DNA of 60,777 nucleotides, the filler included, from Hausera hauseri (lineage: Eukaryota): the NCBI GenBank assembly GCA_046269625.1. It is 11 parts of 11 records of this genome, joined end to end, with 100 filler letters (N's around TTAATTAATTAA, not from the genome) between each part and the next. Parts side by side here need not be neighbours in the genome. Positions count along the whole stretch, not along the records: positions 29,515 to 36,391 come from JBJURY010055552.1; positions 36,492 to 40,546 come from JBJURY010791091.1; positions 40,647 to 45,676 come from JBJURY010356043.1; positions 45,777 to 53,620 come from JBJURY010901202.1; 7 more parts are not named here. The stretch is one strand, 5' to 3'. The notes under the pieces are model-generated. The model did not search any database. It was given only the letters and a program-made list of their open reading frames with translations, and was not told where the DNA came from. Positions 35,811-48,700 of this stretch are shown piece after piece. Both the position numbers and the translations under genes were made by a program. Positions within the stretch are counted from its first letter, which is position 1, and every line of letters starts with the position of its first letter.

Positions 35811-36391
35811 CGCTTAAATAAGGAGTTAATTGCTGTATAATTGCAGTTTAAAAAGAACGAGATTGACCAAACACTTGAATCTTCACTACACGAATACAGT
35901 TTCTGGCAATCAACAGAAGCAATAATACAGGAATTAGTCAATAAGCAGTTCTCGATCAATCCGTTGTCTTCAAGTTAAATTTAAAAAATTCGTAAGCTCA
36001 CAAGTTTTCACGTTCCTTTATCTTCCATCTGCCTTCTTTATATAGCGTTGGAATCCATCAATTATTTATTTTACAACTGTTTCCATTTCATTTTTTAGCT
36101 CTAGCTTTACCCATTAATAATTCAATTCTAAGCTACATTTACATTCTTGTCTGGCTACAATTTTCATTTAGGAATATAAATAATAAATTGAAATGCTAAT
36201 TTAATATTTATGTTACATGTATACATCTTTATATCGTTCATTGTTATGGCGTTCATTGTGGTATTTCTTCTATTTACAACACAACTATAGAATTTCTCAA
36301 TTTTTACACATTTTTGATTTTAATTCAAATGTGTCTTGTGACCTAGCCATACAACTTCCGCTCACACTTTTTTATGGGTTATAGAAGATTT

Positions 36392-36491
36392 NNNNNNNNN
36401 NNNNNNNNNNNNNNNNNNNNNNNNNNNNNNNNNNNTTAATTAATTAANNNNNNNNNNNNNNNNNNNNNNNNNNNNNNNNNNNNNNNNNNNN
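36392..36491. other. Artificial contig spacer
   Basis: N44-TTAATTAATTAA-N44. Confidence 0.98.
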
Positions 36492-37701
36492 AAAGGCTAC
36501 CCAACCAGTATGTAACAGGAATTTAGGTGATCCACGGGTATGATTATGAACGAAACCCGAAACAACGAAAGTATGATTGGGGCCTTACTCATTGGAGGAA
36601 CACGACGGAATGTATAGTAGATGACTGTGGCAATTACCTCATATACTATACTCTGATCAAAAGATTTAAAAATCGCTATCAATGGCAATATACAAAGTGC
36701 CAAGGTATCTTACAGGTTCCTAGTAGACGAACAATGAATGCAACTCTCTTAGATGAAATAATAGTAACTCAACTCACTGTTAAACCGATAGGATTCAAAG
36801 GTGGACGAAGTTGTGTCGAAATTAGGACCATGATAGAGTTGGAATAGGACAAAGTAATAAGTATAAGACTTAAAAAGAAACAAAGGATACCAACAAATTG
36901 CCAGTTAACTGAGAAGCACCTCCGAGTATGTTGTAATGCCCTACGAGGACGAACTATGGTTTACAGTTTATATTAATAAAAAAGGACTCAAAGAGAGTTA
37001 AAACTCTAACTCACAAAGGGCCTAGAACATATGTTCCACTCAAAAGTGTCACTGAATATGACGACAACCAGCAGCCACGTGTCATGACATCTCTTGCGAA
37101 TCTTGCACTATCTAATAAAATAAAGAAAAATGTTGGAAATATGACCGTTCTTATTCGACCTCATGCCGTATCCTATCGCTACAAACGTTCTGTCTTAGAA
37201 AATGCCACTATATCTTCCACGCTCACCTCCTTAGTTGTAGCTACTCAACCTGATTTAAACTTCTATAAAATAAAGCTTATTTGAAAACTAGGTCAATAGA
37301 TTATAGCAAAAGGCATTATTGCGCCAGACGATACAGTAGTGCCGTGTGCTGAGCTAAGTCCAAATACGAAGTATACGGTCACACTACAGTTATATAGTGA
37401 CGATAATAGGATAATCTCTAGTAAATTACTGATAGTTTCGACGAAAGCCAAAACACAACAAAAAGTAAAAAACAAAAAGGGTACAGGCTCCAATACAAAT
37501 CCACCACCATCAAAAGCAAGTTATACCTCTTCCCGAATAGAAATAATCATAATAAATACTGTATGTCCCACGATCTTCTTAAATGCACTAGCTCTTATAA
37601 TAAAAACAATCGTTTGTATACGAAAACGTCGCAGATCAAACTGGGTTAGAATAGACATGCGACGCACACCGAACATCTTGGATACTGGTAATCCAAGTTG
37701 A
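36492..37701 (+). pseudogene. env: Env-like membrane protein, homologue of 18987-20350
   Basis: NTTECIVDD, VKPIGFKGGRSCVEI, furin site RYKR, FN3-like VVPCAELSPNTKYTVTLQL, TM followed by RKRRR. Confidence 0.7.
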
Positions 37702-37877
37702 CAATGGCTTCAGCGGATTGTTGTAGACGCAATCCGAGAAATTAAGATAACTGAATATTATTCAGTTACCGCGAAAAATAATAAGTTTAAAATGACAACG
37801 ATTACCAAACCAATATGATAACCGTTGTATTATATTTAAGATTTTGTGATATGTATATGACGTTGATTTTTATAGTA

Positions 37878-38910
37878 ATGGATATTCAAGCCGTGCAGCA
37901 CAGCAAGAATTGGTACGAGAACGCCAAAAACCACCTGTCGAATGCAACCTCTTCCAATCAATACCACATCCGAGTCAACGAAAATACTTAGTCTCAACTA
38001 TCCAATGGTTCAGCAAATACCCAAAATATCAAGGGGCATTCAATGGGGAATCGATCATTGGCATTAGTCCACATCACAAAGGCCATCTAATTTCCTCTAC
38101 CAGATTTGATCAGCTTCCCGAATAAATTCCACAGTTAATATTTATGATATCATCGGTATGTTCCAGATAAAAATGAAGGACATCAAAACAAATCATCAAA
38201 GGGAACTAACCAATTTGGACCCAAACCACGGAGTGACACTCCAATTCGATTTAATCAAAAGAAATACTCTCCAGATTCTCACATTAACCAATCGAATCAT
38301 GCTTGGAATCGAGTTGATAAAGGCAGAATCCATTTGGACAACACCCCCACAAGGAAAGTGTTTCAACCTAACGAAACGTGACTATCTAAAGTATACTGAC
38401 AAATCATACCGACGAGTGCCACAAATTTTTAACGAAGATATTGTAGTGGTTGCAGTTAACTTGGCATACAATCAGAATAACCAGCTGACGCCGTTAGAAT
38501 GCTCGGTAATAAACCTTCAAGGAGATACTCTGTTCTATACGATGATAACCCCAAGACAAAGAATCAATAACTTTGACTCCCATATTACAGGACTCACCGA
38601 AAACAACATCAACAATCAAATGGACGCTAATTTATCCTATCAGATTTCAGCCGTTTCAAATGATAAGATGGTCGTTGGAGCCGGCGTACTGGAGATGTTA
38701 CAAAAACATCTCTGTGCGTTACGACGAATTATTGGAGTTCGTGATGTGCTCTATCATGAAGAAATAATTCGGACGTATAAACTGGAAACGAGGACTTACA
38801 AGGAGTTGGCTAAGAAATTCTATGAAATGAAAGGTATGTCACTCCGCAGTATGGCACTGGTGCAATGTTACCATGCTTATATAATACTTTGCGATGGGAC
38901 GATGAGATAA
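37878..38910 (+). pseudogene. Accessory ORF with DEDDh (REX4/ISG20-like) exonuclease fold, catalytic D/E absent
   Basis: DIVVVAVNLAY...ECSVINLQGDTLFYTMITPRQRINNFDSHITGLTENNI...KMVVGAG...VRDV parallels REX4 ALDCEMV..RVSIVN..G..VYD.YVKP...V.DYRT.VSGI...ILVGH...IRDT. Confidence 0.65.
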
Positions 38911-39621
38911 TAAATAAAACTACGGCCTCCAACAAGGTACTAAAAAACCACTAGAAGCATCGTCAAAAAGAAGGATCGAAATAGAAGTAATAATATACGG
39001 CGAAATCTTTAAACCTGACGGACTCGGATACAAAGCTTCTTCCGGTAAAACAATTTTTCTCTCGCTTCCAACCAGTCAATAAAATGAGTCAATTTTCTTC
39101 TCGCCCCCGTCGACTGATCAGATCTAATCCCAGAAAATCTAAATAGAAATTAAAAAACAAACAGACAAACAATTACCTACTCCTGAATTAACGTGAATTG
39201 ACATAGCTAAATGTGCAAATAAAGCAACGAAGCAATTATTACCTTCCTTCGAGTTATTTGACTTGCTTTCGAGTGATTTGAATGTAAATATTGATATTTG
39301 ATTAGTAATTATTGTTATGTACAAACCTATTATTTATGGTAGACAAATCCACAAAAAGGTATAAATACTAGTGTAAAATCATAGCTGTATGAATAATTTT
39401 GAAACTCACTTATTACGTGACGATTCCAAAGACACTGTCATTTGCTTTTTCTGTTTCACGTAAGTAATAATCTATTACTATTGTTACTGCGGTTATTGTA
39501 ATTTTATTTGGTGTCATTGTAATTTTATGTTTGGATTTCTTCATATTAAACACTATTGTTGTCACATTTTGCATCTTTTTACTATTGCAATTTAATAATA
39601 AGTAACTAAGTAATACCCTAA

Positions 39622-39913
39622 GTAAGTTGGTTACACAAGCCGTCCAGGTCAAACCTACCTGACGACATCCAGTATAATAATAAATAAAGAGTGCAAAATA
39701 AACTTTAGGGTCTAGTAAATTGGAAATCAGCCTCTGAAGCCACTCTTACCCAACACATTACCTATAGGATAGTGATAGGTAGGATCTACGCGTCTGTCTT
39801 GCACTGTTTGAAGTATCTGAAATTTGTAAAGAAAGCAACTTTGTTCTTCTCGCTAATTTGATTAATGTCCAATTAATAAGTCTCTCTCAACGCGAATTAG
39901 TGAGGATTGAACA
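39622..39913 (+). repeat. LTR, 3' part (5' boundary uncertain, possibly from ~39310-39480)
   Basis: Homologous to 29515-29794; ends TTGAACA 2 nt before a PBS. Confidence 0.75.
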
Positions 39914-39915
39914 AC

Positions 39916-39933
39916 TGGTGCCGTGACCCGGGA
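39916..39933 (+). promoter_or_regulatory. Primer-binding site, tRNA-His
   Basis: TGGTGCCGTGACCCGGGA vs the tRNA-His 3' complement TGGTGCCGTGACTCGGAT. Confidence 0.8.
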
Positions 39934-40075
39934 CATCTCTTGATTTGCATAAGTAACAACTAAGGAAAGAAAGATTAAGACCATCAAAGGTACAAGATAT
40001 CAGGAAAACCATACTTCAGAAGATAACGGACCACACTACGGCTTAGAATATTTGGATAACTTATTTGAAGACGAA

Positions 40076-40546
40076 ATGGCGGCAAATCAGAATGTAAATA
40101 TAGCAGAACAATATGTCCAATCAAAAGCCGATTATAAACTCCCCTATGAAGAAATTTTCAGGAAAAGAGGATATACAGGGTTTTATGATGGAGTATGAAG
40201 TCTATTCAAAAAGTTTCGGATGAGACGATAAGCAAAGGATGGAACGCCTACCTCTTCATCTAAAGGGAACGGCGTTGGCAATTTATTTCCAAATGCCCGA
40301 CGATAAAAAGAAGGACTGGAAAAGTATAAAAGAAAGGATGCCTCAGATGTTTCTAGTTGATCCCTCTCGAAAGGGGCGAATAGAAGAATTCATAAGGAGG
40401 AGGCAATGTAAAGATGAAACAGTCCAAGATTTCGTCTGCGCCTTGGAGAAACTAGCGGCCAGAGCATACCCAGACGCCACGATAAGGAATAATGCCCTGT
40501 TAGCTCAGTTCCAATACGGATTAGAAGAGAAGTTAAGGACAATAAT
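40076..40546 (+). pseudogene. gag: Gypsy gag N-terminal/capsid region, truncated by contig end
   Basis: KFSGKEDIQGF..RLPLHLKGTALAIY..EFIRRRQCKDETVQDFVCALEKLAARAYP..QFQYGL. Confidence 0.85.
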
Positions 40547-40646
40547 NNNNNNNNNNNNNNNNNNNNNNNNNNNNNNNNNNNNNNNNNNNNTTAATTAATT
40601 AANNNNNNNNNNNNNNNNNNNNNNNNNNNNNNNNNNNNNNNNNNNN
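40547..40646. other. Artificial contig spacer
   Basis: N44-TTAATTAATTAA-N44. Confidence 0.98.
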
Positions 40647-40681
40647 CAAAGGCATTTTCATCAATTAAGATAATCTTTACA

Positions 40682-41352
40682 TCATTCATTATCATTATTC
40701 TTATACCTATTTTTTAAAATTACACGTATATTTATATTCATTAATTGAGTTAATGACGGAAGAAGAACGGTAAAACAAAATAACAACAATATTAATTGAT
40801 AATTAAAATTTGCTTCAGCTACACGCCAAATCGGGCTTTTGATACTGGCTTTTTCCTGGTATCCCTGAAATTCAATGTTCAGTCGACACTTTAAATCATC
40901 ATCAAGTACATTAGACATTTCGCGATCCATAAAATAAAGCAATTTGGTTTTCTGAGCCGGTAAGGCGACAGATTTCTGTTGCACGGTCGTTTCGTTCAAC
41001 TTTAAATCCACGTTTAATTGATGCAGAGCATGAGAAAGTTTATTTAAATTTTCATCCGAAAGCCGTTTTACACGATAGCTGTACATGGATGCACATAGAG
41101 ACACGGGATCATTCAATGAACTCAGTATGGGCGTTTGCAGAAAATGCATTTTATACTTGAGAAAAATTCGTTTGGGTAAAATGTCTGTGTGTCGCGCGAC
41201 GGTTTTGATTTTCGTTTACGTATTCCAAACATCGCCATTTGCCTTTTTAAGGTCGTTATTCTGCTGATGCTGCTGCTGATGATGATGATGATTTCTGAGC
41301 AAGTTCCTTTTTCGTTTCCAGACAATCGACATCGTAATCGCCCTGCAGACAA
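40682..41352 (-). pseudogene. Conserved Polinton hypothetical ORF upstream of dUTPase
   Basis: Homologous to 20695-20946 and followed by the dUTPase start (DVKIILIDENAF). Confidence 0.55.
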
Positions 41353-41396
41353 TCGCCATTAGAATTATCACACAGTTTTTCTAATTGTTGGACAGG

Positions 41397-41708
41397 TTAT
41401 GTTTTCGTTTCCGGCAATTTGACACTAGAATTATCCTTTTTGTAGCCAAGTAACCACGACCAATCTGAACTTTCATTATTTCTACAAGCACCATCATCAT
41501 CATTGAGTAGAATCGTCGTGTCCTCGTCGTCTTTCATGGCAGTAATGTCTGAATGAGCATGATAATGGTATTTGTAGTTTGTTGTTGAGCAGAGTACATT
41601 ATTTTGATTAACTAAAACATTTATGTGGTTTTTAATTTGATTAATAATTGATTTATAGTCCACTGAATCCGAGTACAACAATTTTTCCACTGCTAAACAC
41701 ATTGACAC
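41397..41708 (-). CDS. Hypothetical small Polinton protein
   Basis: 103-aa ORF tightly packed among Polinton genes; no motif recognised. Confidence 0.3.
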   Translation of the reverse strand: MSMCLAVEKLLYSDSVDYKSIINQIKNHINVLVNQNNVLCSTTNYKYHYHAHSDITAMKDDEDTTILLNDDDGACRNNESSDWSWLLGYKKDNSSVKLPETKT

Positions 41709-42146
41709 AAAGTGGGTAAAATCAAGTCATTCTCAGTGCAGGAAACAGTTTGGATTCATACGTACATTCAGTAGTGCCCATTGTTAATTTGTACAGATTG
41801 ATTGATGGACAGTCTAACTAAGTCATTACCGTTATTGATTGGATTTGGTCTATGACAATTCCAATTGGTAGTAGTTTATTGTTACTGTAAACTGTGATTG
41901 GTTTGCGACAACCAATAATACGACACTTTTCCAATTGAAATATGATGCATGTAAAATCCGGTGGACCCTTGAGGACATACTGTTACGGCTTCCATTGATT
42001 AAAGGGTAGTGTGTTAATGTCACACTCGGTAGCAGGTACTCGATAGTTGATATTACCTAACATTATGGAAAGTGTTTATACTACAGCTATTTATATACGT
42101 GTAACAAGTTAATGAACAAATCATATGAGGAAAGGTTGTATTATTA

Positions 42147-42810
42147 TTCAGATGAAACTGCAGAATGATGAAATTTCCAGATTGTAGGCTCCAGTGAAAG
42201 TGGCAAAACGCAATTTGCGTGTAAACTATTGCAGAACTACAGTGACATGATTCATTCACAGCGTTACAATCACATATACTGGCATCAGGTGTAGGTGATG
42301 ATGGTGAGTCTGGTCGGACACATCGGGAATTTTGTAAACTGAAATCAATAACGGTAGTTGATGGGTTTGATGAGAACTGGTCAGAGCGATTACGCAACGG
42401 TGGCGTTATTGTCATTCATGATTTATTTCAGGAAGCCGCGAAACAATCGGATTTCAATAACCTGTTCACGAAGATTGCACGACACCGTAGTGTGACGGTT
42501 ATTTTCATTAGGCAAAACATGTTCCATCATGGTGTACAGCACCGAACAAGAAATCTAAACGTACATTATTTGGCGTTGTTCAAAAATCCCCGTGATTAGA
42601 CTATCATTGATTATGTTGCACGACAAGCATTTCCTCACAATCGAGCCTTCTTGACAGATGCATATCATGACGCTATGTACAAACTGCATGGATATCTGTT
42701 TACTGACTTTACACAACGGTGTCCCGATGATATGCCTGCAAGAACAGATATTTTCAATCAGAAAGGTGTACATATCTATAAACAATTTCGAAAATCGACG
42801 AGATGATTGT
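42147..42810 (+). pseudogene. A32/FtsK-like viral DNA-packaging ATPase
   Basis: FQIVGSSESGKT (Walker A), GGVIVIHDL (Walker B), LFTKIARHRSVTVIFIRQNMF, NVHYLALFKNPRD. Confidence 0.85.
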
Positions 42811-43010
42811 GATAAGATGAAGAATTTCCTAAAAGAAATTGTTGAATGTAAACCTACCAAGCGGGTGGCCGGCATGATACGTGTATCAAAATTAACTGCT
42901 ACAGTCAAGCGATCAGTCAATTCTGTGCTTCGAACAATATCAGCAGCAGCAACCAGACGCATATTACCGTGACAGTGGCATTGATTATAAACAACTACGT
43001 ATCAGCATCA

Positions 43011-43358
43011 ATGCGTCCAAAAATGCAATTCAAACGTAGTCAGCCGTACGTTATTGCTTTGCTCAAGGCACTGACGAAACATAAGGAAAACATGCTACGA
43101 TCATTCTCGCAATTTGTAGTAGACGATTTGATGGAAATTTTGTACAATATCGTTGTGGATCACGTTGACATTGGTAGTGGAAAGCGGAATTTACTAAAGT
43201 GTCGAAAACTACTCATTAGCCTTGCCAACGCTTGTAATAAACGACTGAAACGGGAGATCAAGTATCTGCACGATGGAGGATTCCTTTCAGCAATTCTACC
43301 GGTTTTCACGTCATTACTGGGTGGACTCATTGGAAGAACAGATGAGTATAAACAATGA
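43011..43358 (+). CDS. Small Polinton/adintovirus core-type protein with C-terminal GGFL amphipathic segment
   Basis: EILYNIV..G..I...LLK...HDGGFLSAILPVFTSLLGGLIG; located between the ATPase and integrase. Confidence 0.55.
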   Translation: MRPKMQFKRSQPYVIALLKALTKHKENMLRSFSQFVVDDLMEILYNIVVDHVDIGSGKRNLLKCRKLLISLANACNKRLKREIKYLHDGGFLSAILPVFTSLLGGLIGRTDEYKQ

Positions 43359-43504
43359 AGGTAGGTATATGGTGATTTGCAATATGCGTGCATGGTCTTC
43401 ATCGTTTTATCCCAGTTTACCGAATCTTTCATTAACAATTCCGTTTAATTATGGCAATGCTAACAAGAATGACATCATCTACAACCCCAACGACAATGAT
43501 CGGT

Positions 43505-44530
43505 GACGTGTGATTCGATCCGCGTCATTCAGTCGAGTACAATGGCGTCGACAAACTAGCAAAGTCTGTCAAATCGACTCGGCGACAAATCCAACGTTAG
43601 CTGGGGAAACAGTTAGCATGCAGCATAAACAAACCAATAAGAAGGCGTTTTCCAACTCATGCATTCCGTGTTGCCGGTGTATGTAACGTGTGGCAAGAAG
43701 ACCTTATAGAAATGATTCCATATGCCACCATTAGCGATGGGTATCGGAATGTGCTGATATGTATTTATGTGTTTAGGCGTTTTGCACGTGCAACTGTTGT
43801 CAAATCCAAATCCGATAAAGAGATTTCCAAAGCTGTTTACAGATTAATTAAACAACAACCACCGAAACATGTACAAACGTATTTGGGTAAGGAATTTTAC
43901 AACTCTCAGATTGCATTAGTTTTGAGGTGGTTCGGTGTAAACCAATACTCAGTGTTTTCACAATACAAGGCTGCACTTTATTGAACGATTTAATTTAACC
44001 TTGCTTGGCCGACTGAACAAATTCTTTACGAAGAATGGCAATAAACGCTGGGTAGATACATTACAGTATATTATGCATGCATATAATCATTCGACACATC
44101 GTGGCATTCATGGATTACGGCCAATGAATGTAATCAATGATTTGGACATGTGGCTTTATCAAAACCGAACACAACGACGACGACGTCAACAACCACTTAA
44201 ACGTCCCAAGTATAAAATCGGTGATTATGTACGTATTTCAAAGCTGAGTAGGACACCATTCAATAAGAATTTCAATCAGAACTGGAGCGATGAGGTTTTC
44301 CGAATTTCAGCAATCAACACTAAACAAACACCTGTTATGTACGTTTTAGAATATGAAAATTGTGACGAAATACGTGGAAAATTGTACAAACAGGAATTGG
44401 AAGTACTACTATAAAAACCTGATGTGTATCATATTTAGGAAATTCTACCTTCATGCGGCAAATGTTTTAATAAACAATACCTCGTTAAGCGGCATGGATA
44501 CATCAAACCCAGCTGGACATTTGCATCGCA
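43505..44530 (+). pseudogene. Polinton retroviral-like integrase with chromodomain-like C-terminus
   Basis: WQEDLIEM, VQTYLGKEFYN, KAAL.ERFN, YNHSTHRGI, KYKIGDYVRISK..FNKNFNQNWSDEVFRI, GKLYKQEL, QYLVKRHGY. Confidence 0.88.
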
Positions 44531-44539
44531 GATTGAGTG

Positions 44540-45340
44540 ATGAGCATTTATTTGGTACTTGATAGTAACAGATTATCAGAACTTTACTACAACAATACCG
44601 CTGAACGGTTTACCATGGCGTTGGACCAGATGCTCGACTTAGGTCAGGGAGCTGGAAAGTGGTTTTGGCGGAATTCACATTTACCTTTTCACCAATAACA
44701 ATACGAGAGAATAGTGGAATATACTATACTGTACTAAGACAATCTCCTGCATCTAGTAGTTTGCAGTTAGTCCGACACTCTAATTGAACATTCCATGTCC
44801 GCAATTACAAGCAGAAATATTTCCCGATTTATATTTGTCATTTAAACAATCAATTGGTGCTAAGACACAAACATCCGATTGAATTGCAATTTAAATCATT
44901 AGACGACGCTCAGATATAGGGTTTTCAATTTGTCAATGTGGGGTCGAAAGGTCTACAGCTCGACAGATATAGTATAATTGATGAAAAATTGAACTTTTCC
45001 ATGAAAACCACTGATATTACAGTGTACTGGCAAAGAACTGAATCATTCTTTTACCCTCATACAACAGGAAATGATTTTTTTACGGAAACGAAAACAGAAT
45101 TCTGTGCAACCTCCAAGGTGGTAGCTATGGTTGTATTTCGTTAATACTACGTGACAATATTACATATTTTGCCTTTGATAACCTATTGGCACGGAATCTG
45201 AGTTTTAAGAAACGAGAATTCGATCAAACCGGCGGCAGACGGCCCATTGTTGTTAAACAGAAACCATGTCGCCACGATGCATTTCATCGAATCAATATTT
45301 TGGCGGATCTAACTGAACCCGTATATGTTGGCGGACAGTC
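44540..45340 (+). pseudogene. Polinton minor capsid (penton-like) protein
   Basis: MSIYLVLDSN..YNNTAERFTMALDQMLDL...WKVVLAEF and INILADLTEPVYVGGQ. Confidence 0.65.
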
Positions 45341-45349
45341 TTTTTTTTC

Positions 45350-45676
45350 ATACCCGTCGTCACCGTCTTGTTTCTTTGACATGCCCCACAGCGTTTAATC
45401 ACTTCCTTGACGGCGTCTTTCATGTTTGTCATATCGTAGTTATTGCTTATGTATTTTGTTAATTTTTTCTATTCCGGCGTGGGATAGCATGACGTGGCAT
45501 TGCTTTATCATTTCTCCTCTCTTATCTGTTGGTATCCATATCTTGCCTGTTCTTGCTTTCACTATGCCACTTTCTACTATGAATTTCCAATGCTCTTTCT
45601 TTGAGGTGTCTATTTTTATTTCTTCAATTTCTTTGCTATCTCTTTGATATGGATATGCTTCTGTTGCTTCAACTGC
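45350..45676 (-). pseudogene. Gypsy integrase HHCC zinc-finger fragment abutting the Polinton
   Basis: KIWIPTDKRGEMIKQCHVMLSHAGIEK...VKEVIKRCGACQRNK. Confidence 0.75.
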
Positions 45677-45776
45677 NNNNNNNNNNNNNNNNNNNNNNNN
45701 NNNNNNNNNNNNNNNNNNNNTTAATTAATTAANNNNNNNNNNNNNNNNNNNNNNNNNNNNNNNNNNNNNNNNNNNN
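45677..45776. other. Artificial contig spacer
   Basis: N44-TTAATTAATTAA-N44. Confidence 0.98.
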
Positions 45777-48700
45777 AAAAATAATCTAATTTTTTTGCTC
45801 GTAAAAATTTTTCGTCTTTTTGTTCTGATTTGTATTCTGGAGTTTTCTCCTTTAGCGGTGAAAGTTTTAACGCGATTTTCCTGATTCCATATATATTGCT
45901 CAATGAATTTTCATCGATGCACCATTGGGCGTTAGACGTAGGCGTTAGGACAGCAATCAACGATAAGGCTACTATTATCTGTGCATAAGATACTGGTCTA
46001 GCGGCAATCGACGAGGTCTTGTTTTGTCGCGGTCTTAGATTATAGTGTTTAGCTGGTCTTATATCTGCTTTAACTACTGTTTGGGTTGACACGACTTCCT
46101 CTTTACCGTTTTTGTTAACATAGACCGTGGTCGGTGTTGTGCGGACGATTTCGTATGGTCCTCTTTCGGTACGGGTTAATTTCAAGGATGTACCTTTCTT
46201 CGCGACCGGGTAATGTATATAGATACAATTTCCCTTTTCCAGATCATGGGGCTTGGTCTTTTTGTCATATTGTTTTTTAAATTGTTCCTGGTATTCAAGT
46301 GATAATGTTTTGCAACTTCCCAACACTTTTGCAATCTTGTTTGTAAGACTTTGGCGAAGTTTTGTGCTAGATCCTTGAGGTTTTTTCCGTATGTTGACAT
46401 ATCTAGATCTGTGGGTAAGATTGCTTCTCGTCCGAACATCATAAAGAACGGAGTGAATCCTATTGCTGGATGCGGGGTGGTATTGATTTCGAACTGGGTT
46501 CCTTCTAGGAATTCGTCCCAATCCTTTTGGTCTTTGGCCACTACTGTTGGTAGTATACGAATGACTGTTGCGTCCATTCGATCGACCATTCCATTATATC
46601 AGGGGTGGTACGCGGTAGTGGTTAATCGTTCGATTTCGAATATCTTAGTAATTTTTTCGAATAATTCACTTGTGAAGTTCCTTCCTCTATCCGTTACGAT
46701 TTGTTCTGGTGGTCCGTATCTGCAGATAATTTTCCTTACCACCGCGTCGGCTAAAGTTTCTGCCTTTTGATCTAATAGTGCCACCAGCTCGACGAAATGT
46801 GTTAATCGATCCACGCAGGTCAGAATATATCTGTTATTTTTGTGAGTTTTAGGCAAAGGTCCCACTATATCCATAAACATAGCTTGCATGGGCCTATCTG
46901 GTACGTTTATGAGTTTTAATTCTGCCACGTACCCTTTCGTTTTCCTTTGCTTTGTCTAACAAACTTCGCAAGCACCTACCCAATTCTTTACATCAGTATG
47001 AATGCTTGGCCAATAGTATTTATTTAATATCCTTTCAAAGGTCTTCTTCCAAGACATGTTTCCACCTAAATATGAATTATGTTCGGCTATAAGTATTTCG
47101 ACACGTAATCCTTTTGGAATAACTATTAGTCTTCTCCCTTTTCGTTCGTAATATAGAATATTATCTTTGTTCGATGCGCGATATTTATGTCCGTGTTTCT
47201 GTAGATGCTTCTTTAATTATCGTCCTTTGGGCATTTTGCCGTTTTGTTCGAACTCAACAATTTGCTGAATAACCTTATCTTTAGCTTTTTCTACGGTGAT
47301 TCCGATCGTTTTATCCAGGGTTAGGGTTCTTTGACGTTCAATTATTCGTTCGAGCTGCGTTTCCTTAACTGTGGTAATCCCACTGGTTTTTGTCTTTAAC
47401 CTTGATAGTGCGTCGGCGTCGACATGTTTAGTACCTGGTTTGTATTGGAATTCAATGTTATATAGTGAGATTTCATCGATCCAACGGTTTAATCTACATG
47501 TTGGATTATTAGCTTGTCCCTTCAATGTCGTGACTGCTTTGTGGTCGGTCACTATTATAATCTTTTGTCCATAGACATAGACATTAAAGTATCGTAGTGC
47601 TTCCTTTACGACTAACGTTTCTAATTCAGTAACCGAATAATTCTTTTCAGCTTTTTTAACGAGCGTCCTCCATAGGCTATTAGATGGTCTAGTTCTTCAT
47701 CTTCTCGTTTCTGAGCTAATTCGTATCCTATACCTTCTTTACTTGCATATGTTTTAATGACGAATGGTAGGTTAAAATCAGGGTATGTTAAAACTGGTTT
47801 GCTTGCCAAATCCTCTTCATTTCGTCGAATGCTTTTTGTTCCAATTCCGTCCATCTTCACATAGTTACCTTTTTGAGTAGGCGATATAGTGGTGCGTTAA
47901 TTTTCGAATTATCTGGTACGAAAGGGGCATAATATCCACATATACCTAACCAATGTCTTAACTCTTTTTGATTCTGCGGTTCCATACAATCGGATATTTT
48001 ATTTAGCGGGGAATTATCCGGTTTTGACCCTCCTTCTCCAACTATGTGTCCGAGGTACGATACTGCCTTCTGTGCCCATTTACATTTCTTTGGATTTAGT
48101 TTCAACCCTGCTTGTTCTAGTCGCATGAGTGTATCCTCAATGTCCTTTAAGTGTTCTTCTTCTGTTTTTGATGCTATCATTATATCGTCCAAAATCGCGA
48201 AAGCATAATCAAGTCCTATGAGCATTTTATTCATCGTTCTAGTAAAAATGGCTGGTCCTGTAATGATGCCGAAAGGCATAACATTAAATTCGTATACGCC
48301 ATCGTGTGTTTCAAACGCTGTCTTATATCGATCTTCTTCTTCGATTTCCACTTGCCAGTATTCTGATTGTAAGTCGAGAGTGGTAAACCATTTCACTCCT
48401 GATAATCTGTCTAAAGCTTCATTTACTGACGGTAGGGGAAACGAGTCTTTCACCATCAGCGTGTTTAATACACGATAATCTATACAAAATCGATGTTTTG
48501 TAGTTCCTTTCTTTTTAACCATAAGCATAGGTGAGTATCATGATCGGCAGAATGATCAAATTATATCGGCATTTAACATTCGTTCTACCTCTTTAGTTAT
48601 TTCTGGTCTTAGTGAATGGGGAGATGGGTATCATTTGGACATTTTTTGTTCTTTTAGATCGATTTCATCATTCGAACCGGGTTTCTTCCTTAATGAGATT

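Larger units (their letters stand above)
40647..45345. mobile_element. Polinton/Maverick (adintovirus-like) segment: dUTPase start, small ORFs, packaging ATPase, GGFL protein, integrase, minor capsid
   Basis: Co-occurrence and compact order of hallmark genes; the left end is homologous to 20560-20945, which lies next to pPolB. Confidence 0.85.
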
